Positions 6,252 through 13,467 of a stretch of DNA of 13,467 nucleotides are shown piece by piece; position 1 is the first letter of the stretch, and every line of letters starts with the position of its first letter. This stretch comes from Candidatus Undinarchaeota archaeon (lineage in GTDB: Archaea > SpSt-1190): assembly GCA_964449215.1 (NCBI GenBank), contig CAYVAH010000023.1, positions 1 to 13,467 of the forward strand, given 5' to 3'. The position numbers were made by a program, and so were the translations under genes. The notes beneath the pieces are model-generated. The model did no database searches. It was not told the DNA's origin and worked only from the letters and a program-made list of their open reading frames with translations.

Positions 6252-7095
6252 CCCTTTCTATGGCTCTCACGACCTTCTCTGCAGGCCTGGCAACCAGCTC
6301 CATCAGATTGTCAGGGGCAACCACCATTCTTCCCCCTTGGTGAATGTTCACCACCGGGCTGTCGGCATATCTGACCGTGGCCCCTGAAAATTTCCCGTCC
6401 ACCACGAGAGCCCTAACATCCCAGAATCTCGACCCCCTGAAAGGATCAACCCTTATGCGCTCCTGTATCAGCTTCACACCCTTCACAGGAGCGGGAGGCC
6501 TGTCCCCCACCATAACACCGCCACCAGCCTGACCGAAGTTCCCCTTCACCACAACTCCCCCGGGAAATTCCACGGAACAAAAAATTTCCTCCGCCATCCT
6601 GGAGCTCAGGGAAAGAAAGCTCCTTGGAGTTTCCACGTCAGTGCCATCCCGGACTATCAGGGTGGAAAGATGCTTGTCCAGGCTGATGCGAACTATGTGC
6701 TCCGGGTTTATCCTCGGGACATCAAACCTGTAGAGCTGTGAAAACCTCAGCCGGTTGAACAGAATGACGCTCGGCTCGAATCGCAACCCGCTTTCCGAAA
6801 CAAGCTTCTTGGAGTGATAGTCCTGCCTGGAAACGTCGCAAAGCTCGGCAGGGAAGAACTCCCGGAGTCTTTCCAGTCGGGGAATATCGCTCCTGTCCCT
6901 GATGGAAAACAGAACCGCAGCTTTCGGAGACCTCACCCGACGGAGCACAGCCTTCGCAAGCCTGCCCACTGGAGAATAACCGGCCGCCTCCAGGAGATTC
7001 ATCGCATGAGCACCCGGAGACGCATTCACCTCAAGGAAATAAGGCTCCCCCTTGCTTATCAGGAAGTCCACACCGGCAATCACGAATTCCCTCAT
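6226..7095 (-). CDS. Circularly permuted RimK-like ATP-grasp ligase
   Basis: The N-terminus carries the normally C-terminal motif AGVDFL...EPYFLEVNASPG. It is followed by DK..S, VVVKGNFGQAGGGV, LIQERI, DVRALVVDG and VVNIHQGG. ATG at 7095 overlaps the upstream TGA (ATGA). Confidence 0.85.
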   Translation of the reverse strand: MREFVIAGVDFLISKGEPYFLEVNASPGAHAMNLLEAAGYSPVGRLAKAVLRRVRSPKAAVLFSIRDRSDIPRLERLREFFPAELCDVSRQDYHSKKLVSESGLRFEPSVILFNRLRFSQLYRFDVPRINPEHIVRISLDKHLSTLIVRDGTDVETPRSFLSLSSRMAEEIFCSVEFPGGVVVKGNFGQAGGGVMVGDRPPAPVKGVKLIQERIRVDPFRGSRFWDVRALVVDGKFSGATVRYADSPVVNIHQGGRMVVAPDNLMELVARPAEKVVRAIERVKLRRRVL

Positions 7096-7772
7096 GCTAT
7101 CCACTCCAGAGCCAGTTCCACCAGACACCTCGCGACTTCTTCATACCGGGGGTCCACCCCATCCCGGAATCCCCGCTCGGCAAACTCCACCAGAGCGGCT
7201 TTTCTGCCCCTGTGGTGCGTGTTGAGTATGAACTCACTCTCCCCCGTGAGCCTGACCCTGCTCACCAGCACCTCCAGGGAGACACCCCTGGCAGCAAGCT
7301 TTTCAAGCAGCTGCCTTTTGAACTCAAGCGCCCTTTCGGTCCCGCCTATGTACCGGCGGTCGGCACCAAAACCCAGTCTCACATCCACATCCCTGTTACT
7401 CATTCTGTGGAAGTCGAGTATGAACCTTGGATCGAGTCGTTCGATGGTTTCATGAAATTTATTTAGCAGCCCCGAATAGCTTTTGTTCTTGTGACCTTCC
7501 AGAACCACCCTCTTCCCGGAAACAGCTATCCGGAAGCTCGCTCCCTTCCCGAGGAGCGCGGGGTCCCTGGCAAAGTCGGCTTCCATCCTCGGCACACGGG
7601 AAATCAGGCATGCCCCGCCGATATGCTTGGCAGCCAGTCGAGCCAGATAGGCTGTGCCGGGCTCCCCGACCCTCACCCGGTGACCATCCACCTCCACCAT
7701 ACTGACACCCTCATGAGGGGCAACCACCAGAATGGGCGAATCACCGAAAACCTTGTGCTCCACGAGAGCCAT
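7092..7772 (-). CDS. Zn-dependent amidohydrolase, N-formylglutamate amidohydrolase / poly-gamma-glutamate hydrolase-like
   Basis: SPILVVAPHEG, GEPGT, R..ADFAR (cf. R...D.NR), FH..I and ILDFH give a His/Glu/His metal-ligand pattern of the Zn-exopeptidase-like fold. Confidence 0.7.
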   Translation of the reverse strand: MALVEHKVFGDSPILVVAPHEGVSMVEVDGHRVRVGEPGTAYLARLAAKHIGGACLISRVPRMEADFARDPALLGKGASFRIAVSGKRVVLEGHKNKSYSGLLNKFHETIERLDPRFILDFHRMSNRDVDVRLGFGADRRYIGGTERALEFKRQLLEKLAARGVSLEVLVSRVRLTGESEFILNTHHRGRKAALVEFAERGFRDGVDPRYEEVARCLVELALEWIA

Positions 7773-8636
7773 TCAACCACCCGCCAGAAACTTCACAATC
7801 TTACCCGCAACATCCTTACCCGTGGCTTCTTCAAGCCCCTTGAACTGCGCATTCACATTGGTTTCAATAACCACAGGACCCTCGGGACCGGGCATTATGT
7901 CCACACCACATACGCGCATTCCCATGGCCTTGGCCGCCCGGACAGCCAGCCTGCTTTCCTCCTTCGTGAGCTTGTATGGCCTGCCTTCACCGCCCATCCC
8001 TATATTTGCCCGGCGTTCTCCCCTGCTGGCCACACGCTTCATACTCGCCACCACCTTCCCACCCACAATATAAGCCCGTATGTCTTCGCTCCCGGGCTGA
8101 ACAAACTCCTCAACAAATATGGGCTCCTTGAATCTCTCCAGGGCATCGATTATGCTCACAGCCGACTGCCTGGAGTCTGCAAACATCACACCCACACCCA
8201 TGGAGCCGTGAAGGAGCTTGAGCACAGCCGGGTAGTTCATCTCACCAAGAACCTTCTCAAGCACTGCCCTCCTGAGCGAAAGATGCGTTTTCGGCACGGG
8301 AACCCCCTCCTCCCGGAGCAGCACGAGTGTGAGGAACTTGTTGTGTGAGGCTACCAGTGACCAAGGCTCGATTGGCAGGGGCTTGCCGGCCTCCTTCAAG
8401 AAATAGAGGAGCGCTGTGCCGAATGTGCGGTAGGACCGGGGTATCCTGGGCAGGACCACGTCATAGTCCAGCAGGTCCTTGTTCTTGTAGTGGAGCCGGA
8501 AATCCTCACCGTTCAGCTCCATGACCACCTGTGGGATGGGAAAATAGCTGACGGTGTCGAATAGCTTTGTGGCTTCTTCAAGCAGCCTTATTTCTTCATG
8601 CTTCCTATTTAGAGGACCGAGTATAGCCAATTTCAT
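7773..8636 (-). CDS. rimK: RimK family alpha-L-glutamate ligase (ATP-grasp), intact
   Basis: D.V.PRI, NK...L.L...GVPVPKT, YPAVLK...GSMGVGV, VEEFV, DIRAYIVGG, R.ANIGMGG, GVDI and IETN. GAGGTG ribosome-binding site upstream. The symbol denotes the family; the substrate is unknown. Confidence 0.9.
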   Translation of the reverse strand: MKLAILGPLNRKHEEIRLLEEATKLFDTVSYFPIPQVVMELNGEDFRLHYKNKDLLDYDVVLPRIPRSYRTFGTALLYFLKEAGKPLPIEPWSLVASHNKFLTLVLLREEGVPVPKTHLSLRRAVLEKVLGEMNYPAVLKLLHGSMGVGVMFADSRQSAVSIIDALERFKEPIFVEEFVQPGSEDIRAYIVGGKVVASMKRVASRGERRANIGMGGEGRPYKLTKEESRLAVRAAKAMGMRVCGVDIMPGPEGPVVIETNVNAQFKGLEEATGKDVAGKIVKFLAGG

Positions 8637-9525
8637 CGCAGATCCACCTCACTATGTTTTGCAATGTCTTCCCGAAACCCGCCACAGCATTTTCCACCAT
8701 TGCTATGGGGTCAATGGCAGCAATCCTGTGCGTGGCTTCCTCCGCCATTATCGAAGCCAGGTTCTTCCCGAGGACCTTCTTGAACAGGTCAAATCTCGGC
8801 ACGAACTTCACGTTGGAAAGGTAGAATCGCTTGCCTATTTTGACAAAAATTATTGAACAGTAATCGGCACCCAGCGTCCTTCGAACATCCTGGGCTATTG
8901 AAGCCAGTTTCGGGTCCACCCTCACAGGCAAGCGCTTCTTTCCGTGGCGGGAGTAGCCCACAACCTCCCTCTCACTGACAAAGACCACCCGGACCTCCGC
9001 ATCCTTGACGGGCTTCTGGACAGACACCATATGGCCCGCCGAGAAAAGAGAAAGCACGTTGCGCAGGGTCTCCTCATTGCTCACATAAACTCGCTTGTCC
9101 TGCGGGGTCGTCAGGATCACAGGAAGCTTGAAGTTTTCCTTGATGAAATCGGCAGCCACGTTCTGCGACACCGAGACGGTCCGGCGTATTGGAACACCAC
9201 CGAGGGCGAGTTTGTTCAGAAGGACCGGCTTGTTCCAGAAATATGCGAGAGTTTCACTGGGGACTGAAACCCGCGTTTTTCTCTCAAGAATTCTGGCGAG
9301 GGTGTAGTAAAACTCCTTTTCCGGACCCTCCGGAAGAAGCAACACGTAGTCAAAATTGGACAAATCGAACCTCCCGGAGGTGGCGGAGACCAGCTCGCCT
9401 GCTGTGAGCTTTATACTCCAGGGAGTGAAGAACACCACGGTGGAGAACCTCTTTGAAAATTCCGGCATCAGCACTTCCCTGACGCCTTCGGAGCCGACTA
9501 TCGCGACCCTGCCCCTGCTCACCAC
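8605..9525 (-). CDS. Degenerate RimK-like ATP-grasp protein (probable pseudoenzyme)
   Basis: Collinear with RimK (DLSNFDYV, NK...L..L..GGVPIRRT, LPVIL, VQKPV, EVRV, LGADYC..., FYL..V...P.F), but the catalytic motifs are replaced. Full-length ORF with no frameshift. Confidence 0.75.
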   Translation of the reverse strand: MVSRGRVAIVGSEGVREVLMPEFSKRFSTVVFFTPWSIKLTAGELVSATSGRFDLSNFDYVLLLPEGPEKEFYYTLARILERKTRVSVPSETLAYFWNKPVLLNKLALGGVPIRRTVSVSQNVAADFIKENFKLPVILTTPQDKRVYVSNEETLRNVLSLFSAGHMVSVQKPVKDAEVRVVFVSEREVVGYSRHGKKRLPVRVDPKLASIAQDVRRTLGADYCSIIFVKIGKRFYLSNVKFVPRFDLFKKVLGKNLASIMAEEATHRIAAIDPIAMVENAVAGFGKTLQNIVRWICDEIGYTRSSK

Positions 9526-9565
9526 CTAACACCACCCAACAACGGGATAAAAAGCTTTCCAAAGT

Positions 9566-10420
9566 CTATACCTGGAACTTCGACCACAGGCCGCCAGCCT
9601 TGCGCCGGGGGTAGAGCTTGCACCAGGCCCTTGCACTGAACATTTCACTCAGAGTGGGGCGCCGTTCCTTGTAAAACACGCCGAGGGGTATCCGGGCCTT
9701 CCTGGACAGCGAATAATCCCATTCCCTGGCTTTTTTAAGAGCCTGCTCGCGTTTCATGGGCTTCACTCTGTAGGTCTTTCCTTCAAAATATTCCCTTGTG
9801 TCATGGAAGCTCAAACAGGGCTGGAGGATGTCCACAAAAGCGAATCCCCTGTGCTTCACAGCCTTTTTCATGGTTTTCACAAGATTTTTGGGGTCCAGAG
9901 CGTATTCCCTGGCCACAAAACTCGCACCGGCTTCAAGCGCGATTGCCAGGGGATTCATCGGCGGGATTGGGTTGCCCTTCGGGGTGCTCTTACCCGGGAA
10001 CCCCTTTTCCGTGGTAGGTGTGAACTGGCCTGTGGTCAGGGCAAAAACCTGGTTGTTGTGAACAAAAAGGGCATAGTTGGGATTCATCCGGGCGGCGTGC
10101 AGAAAGTGACTGATACCCTCAGCATAGGCGTCACCATCACCGGCAAAAACCATCACCTTCAGCTCTGGATTCCCGAGGACTATGCCGTTGGCAGCCGGAA
10201 TGGCACGTCCGTGGAGGCCATAGAAACCCCCGGTGTTTATGTAGTCATAAAACTTGGCGTGACAGCCTATCCCCGTAACAACCACAAAGTCTTCCCTCCT
10301 GGCCCAGCCGCTGTTGACCAGGTCAACCACCGCCTTTTTCGCGGAGTTAAGGATGGAAAAGTTCGAGCAAGCCGGGCACCATGTATTCTGCACAGGCGTA
10401 TTGAGGTCTTCGAGCTTCAT
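9566..10420 (-). CDS. korB: 2-oxoacid:ferredoxin oxidoreductase beta subunit
   Basis: TWCPACSN, GIGCH, LHGRAIP.A.G, TPP-binding GDGD..EG..H...NN..F.LT.GQ..PT, and QPC. ATGA overlap with korA. Confidence 0.93.
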   Translation of the reverse strand: MKLEDLNTPVQNTWCPACSNFSILNSAKKAVVDLVNSGWARREDFVVVTGIGCHAKFYDYINTGGFYGLHGRAIPAANGIVLGNPELKVMVFAGDGDAYAEGISHFLHAARMNPNYALFVHNNQVFALTTGQFTPTTEKGFPGKSTPKGNPIPPMNPLAIALEAGASFVAREYALDPKNLVKTMKKAVKHRGFAFVDILQPCLSFHDTREYFEGKTYRVKPMKREQALKKAREWDYSLSRKARIPLGVFYKERRPTLSEMFSARAWCKLYPRRKAGGLWSKFQV

Positions 10421-12039
10421 TTGAACACCCTCCTCAATCTCGTGGCAAGTTCCCTTTCACCAAAGGGCCTGCCATCATATTTGAGTATCTTGTCACGTAT
10501 GAAGAATCCTGTGTGTTCAGCTATGACATCCGCCATCTGCCCCGTGGCAGAGTTCTCAACCAGCACGACCCTGTCAGCTGCCTCCAGGAGCCTTTTGACC
10601 CTCCTGGAGGGGAAGGGTCGGAGATAACAGAGCTGGAGGAATTTCGCATCCACATGCCTGAGAGCATCCAGCACAGCTCCTTTGGTCGAACCCCAGCTCA
10701 CCACCAGGTTCCTGCCCCTGCCAAAAACACGGACGGGGTCAAGTGCCGCCACGGCCTTCTCTATGGTCCTGACCTTTTTCAGCCGGTTCTCGACCATCGA
10801 GTCTATGGCATCCTCCCCTTCCACAGTATAACCAAACTCGTCGTGCTCATAGCTCGTCGCACGCACCAGAGCACTCCCGGCAGGGGCCCTCGGAGGCACG
10901 CCGCTCGCGTTCATCCTGTAGCTCCTATATCCCTTACCCGGGCTCACCAGAAATCTCTGTGGTTTAACCCGGAACTTCGGGCGCTTGTCAAATGTGAACC
11001 CGCTCTCGGCAAGGTGCTTGTCCGAAAGCACTATGGAAAGGGTCCGATACCGGTTAGCCAGGTAAAAAGCCTCGGCCATTCTCTCAAAAGCTTCAAGCGG
11101 GTCACCGGGAGCCACCACCACCCTTGGGGACTCGCCATGCCCACCATATAGAGCGAACTTCAGGTCCCCCTGTGAAGTGTAGGTGGGGACACCCGTGGCC
11201 GGTCCGGGGCGCATCGCCAGGTAGAGGACAAGGGGAAGCTCGCTCATCCCCTGCAAACTTAGGGTCTCTGTCATAAGAGCGTAACCCCCGCTGCTGGTTC
11301 CGACCATCACGGAAGCACCCGCGTAGCTGGCACCGAGAGCGGCGTTTGCCACCCCTATCTCATTCTCAAGCTGGACCACACTGATATCAGCATCAAGACC
11401 GGCAAGAATGTGAAGCACCGGAGTGGCAGGGGTCATCGGGTAAGCAAGGTAGAGGTCCATGCCGGCAGCCACTGCACCGAAAGCCACCGCCTGGCTCCCG
11501 CTGACAAAATACCTTGACCCCTTCGGACCCCGGAGCTTCACGGGCCTGATTGGACCCTTGTAGTCCTGATACCCCCTGATGGCAGCCTTCCTGTTGATTC
11601 CGGCACGTTTCCCAAAGCATTCCATCTGCTCGAGCAGGGGTTCAAGGGGCTGCCCCATCGCCCTGTAGAGGGAACCGAGGAGAACGGAGTTCGCCACTAT
11701 CTGAGGGGCCTTCAACTCCCGCAGCACCCGGGCAACATCCACCCTGACCTTGACGCCGGGAACCGTCCCCAAGGAGATACCACCGGGTGTGAGCCGCTTG
11801 GCGTGATGGGCCGAGAAGCGACCGAAAACCACGGCATAATCGCTCTTCCAGTTGTTGCTCCTCACAGGTTCCGTTCCCACACGAACAAGGTTGAAATTCT
11901 CCCCGCCCCTTATCAGGGAACCATAGTCGCGATAGTTGAACACATAAAAACCGCGGGAGGCAAAATCGCGGGCAACAAGTTCGGCAGAGCGGGCAATTCC
12001 CTGCCCCGCTTCACCAGCGATGGTTATCTGGAAATTCAC
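10417..12039 (-). CDS. korA: 2-oxoacid:ferredoxin oxidoreductase alpha subunit (gamma-alpha fusion)
   Basis: GEAGQGI, S.IRGG, SG..A.A.GA, YPMTPAT, Q.ENEI, TS.GG..LM.E, RPGPATG.PT...QGD, EHDE.G, WGSTKG and KYDGRPF. GTG start. Confidence 0.93.
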   Translation of the reverse strand: MNFQITIAGEAGQGIARSAELVARDFASRGFYVFNYRDYGSLIRGGENFNLVRVGTEPVRSNNWKSDYAVVFGRFSAHHAKRLTPGGISLGTVPGVKVRVDVARVLRELKAPQIVANSVLLGSLYRAMGQPLEPLLEQMECFGKRAGINRKAAIRGYQDYKGPIRPVKLRGPKGSRYFVSGSQAVAFGAVAAGMDLYLAYPMTPATPVLHILAGLDADISVVQLENEIGVANAALGASYAGASVMVGTSSGGYALMTETLSLQGMSELPLVLYLAMRPGPATGVPTYTSQGDLKFALYGGHGESPRVVVAPGDPLEAFERMAEAFYLANRYRTLSIVLSDKHLAESGFTFDKRPKFRVKPQRFLVSPGKGYRSYRMNASGVPPRAPAGSALVRATSYEHDEFGYTVEGEDAIDSMVENRLKKVRTIEKAVAALDPVRVFGRGRNLVVSWGSTKGAVLDALRHVDAKFLQLCYLRPFPSRRVKRLLEAADRVVLVENSATGQMADVIAEHTGFFIRDKILKYDGRPFGERELATRLRRVFK

Positions 12040-12154
12040 CCTAAAAATTCGTGGGAGCAGTATTTATCGTTTTGCTGAAAAACCGGTTTTGATTTGCGAG
12101 GATGTCAAAAAATATTTTGTATAGTTTTTAAAAATCCGTGGGCGACCTAGAGAC
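12040..12154. promoter_or_regulatory. Divergent korA/ppa promoter region
   Basis: TATTTAT (12061-12067; ATAAATA on -) upstream of korA, TTTTTAAA (12125-12132) upstream of ppa, palindrome AAAACCGGTTTT (12079-12090), and a 13/14 direct repeat TAAAAATYCGTGGG. Confidence 0.5.
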
Positions 12155-12667
12155 ATGAATATCAGCAAGCTGTCGCCAGGAAAGGATGTTCCCAAGGACA
12201 TATTTGTGGTCGTGGAGATACCGGCCGAAAGCTCGGTGAAATATGAGGTGGATAAAGAAAGCGGGGCGGTCTTTGTGGACCGTTTTCTCTTCACATCCAT
12301 GCACTATCCCTTCAACTATGGCTTCATCCCGGGCACGCTCGCCGAAGATGGCGATCCTGTGGACGTGCTTGTGGTGAGCGACCAGCCCGTTGTTCCGGGA
12401 AGCGTGATAAGGGCAAGGCCCATCGGGATGCTGATAATGGAAGATGAAGCGGGTAAGGATGAAAAGGTCGTGGCAGTTCCCGTGAGCAAGCTCGACCCGC
12501 AGTTCGACCACATCCAGGACGTGGCACACCTGCCGGAAATACTCCGTGAGAAAGTGAAGCACTTTTTCGAGCATTACAAGGACCTCGAACCGGGGAAATG
12601 GGTGAAACTCAAGGACTGGAGGGGAAGGGAAGAAGCGGAGGAATACATCCGAAAAGCTGTAAAATAG
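12155..12667 (+). CDS. ppa: Family I inorganic pyrophosphatase
   Basis: EIP..S.VKYE.DKE.G...[47 protein letters not shown]. Confidence 0.97.
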   Translation: MNISKLSPGKDVPKDIFVVVEIPAESSVKYEVDKESGAVFVDRFLFTSMHYPFNYGFIPGTLAEDGDPVDVLVVSDQPVVPGSVIRARPIGMLIMEDEAGKDEKVVAVPVSKLDPQFDHIQDVAHLPEILREKVKHFFEHYKDLEPGKWVKLKDWRGREEAEEYIRKAVK

Positions 12668-13330
12668 CTACCTACCGAACCTGCGCTCCCGGGATGCATA
12701 CCACTCCAGAGCTTTTTTCAGGTCCGCCTCGGTGAAGTCGGGCCAGAGCTTTTCAGAAAAGTAGAGCTCGGCATAACCCGTAAGATAGGGAAGGAACCCG
12801 GAAAGCCTTTTTTCACCGCTTGTCCGGATTAACAGGTCAACCGGCGGGACCTCTGGAGGGACAAACATGTTTTCGCGCAGGCTGCCACCCCGCTCCTTCA
12901 TCCTTGCCACAGCATAGTCGAGCTCGTCGTTTCCATCGTAGCCCACCAGAGCTATAAGGGTGCCTTTCCTGTTCCCCCTGCTCCAGCTTTCAATCTCGGA
13001 GAATTTTTTGCGGATATCGGGGGGGAACAGCTCGAGCCTGCCGGCAAAGTGGACCCTCACACCAAGCTCTTCCACGAGTTCCTTCAGCTCCTGAAACTTG
13101 TCCCTGATAAGCGAGAAGATTATTCCTTTCTCGCGATCGCTTCTTTCAAAGTTCTTCAGCGAAAACCCGTAAAAGCTCACATAGCTCACCCCGCTCCGGA
13201 ACAGGCACCGGATGGCACGGAGCAGGTTCTCACTGGCTTCCCCATAGACCGTAAAGAATCCCCTTGCACTCTTTTTTGCCCACCTTCGGTTGCCATCTGG
13301 TATCAGGCCGACATGCCGGGGAACCACCAC
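12668..13330 (-). CDS. uppS: cis-prenyltransferase (undecaprenyl/tritrans,polycis-polyprenyl diphosphate synthase)
   Basis: PRHVGLIPDGNRRWA, FS..NF.R, VDLLIRTSGEKRLSGFL, YAELYF...LWPDF and C-terminal RRFGR. Confidence 0.93.
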   Translation of the reverse strand: MVVPRHVGLIPDGNRRWAKKSARGFFTVYGEASENLLRAIRCLFRSGVSYVSFYGFSLKNFERSDREKGIIFSLIRDKFQELKELVEELGVRVHFAGRLELFPPDIRKKFSEIESWSRGNRKGTLIALVGYDGNDELDYAVARMKERGGSLRENMFVPPEVPPVDLLIRTSGEKRLSGFLPYLTGYAELYFSEKLWPDFTEADLKKALEWYASRERRFGR

Positions 13331-13360
13331 CTGAAAAATCGACGGGGCTGTTTAAAGGAA

Positions 13361-13370
13361 TTATTATAAA
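13361..13370 (+). promoter_or_regulatory. Putative TATA box of the 5S rRNA gene
   Basis: TTATTATAAA preceded by purine-rich AAAGGAA, about 25 nt upstream of the 5S 5' end. Confidence 0.55.
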
Positions 13371-13392
13371 CCATGGAATCAACCTGAATAAT

Positions 13393-13467
<75 letters not shown>

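Noticed and set aside
7773..8636. Assignment as LysX/ArgX, CofF or MptN
   Set aside because: No lysW or lysine/arginine, F420 or methanopterin genes in the window, and the sequence alone supports only the RimK family level.
9526..12039. korAB as part of the ATP-grasp operon (2-oxoglutarate/glutamate link)
   Set aside because: Same strand and only 40 bp apart, but the gap has its own TATA-like element and the oxidoreductase substrate cannot be determined from sequence.
6344..12078. Long plus-strand ORFs (6814-7455, 7491-8348, 9803-10627, 10513-11151 and others)
   Set aside because: Shadows of well-supported minus-strand genes in GC-rich DNA.

Overview
Compact, gene-dense archaeal window. The TATA-box promoters, GGTGA-type ribosome-binding sites, N-glycosylation sequons and stand-alone archaeal-type 5S rRNA point to an archaeon; a DPANN-like lineage is an inference. 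Left to right: (1) a >=600 aa secreted Gly-rich surface glycoprotein on the minus strand, missing from the ORF track because it runs off the left edge; (2) a membrane-anchored wHTH protein; (3) an MvaS-type HMG-CoA synthase; (4) exonuclease III; (5) a small Ig-like exported protein with a probable CTG start; (6) lemA and a GIDE-domain gene; (7) a four-gene minus-strand operon encoding a catalytically degenerate RimK paralog, an intact RimK, a Zn-amidohydrolase and a circularly permuted ATP-grasp ligase; (8) 2-oxoacid:ferredoxin oxidoreductase alpha/beta; (9) ppa; (10) uppS; (11) the 5' part of a 5S rRNA. Two things stand out. One is the triple ATP-grasp plus hydrolase operon, a candidate peptide-tag writer/eraser system. 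The other is a perfect 24-bp inverted repeat (1779-1802 and 5475-5498) shared by the surface-protein start and the 3' end of lemA; inversion between the copies would fuse the two genes in frame.
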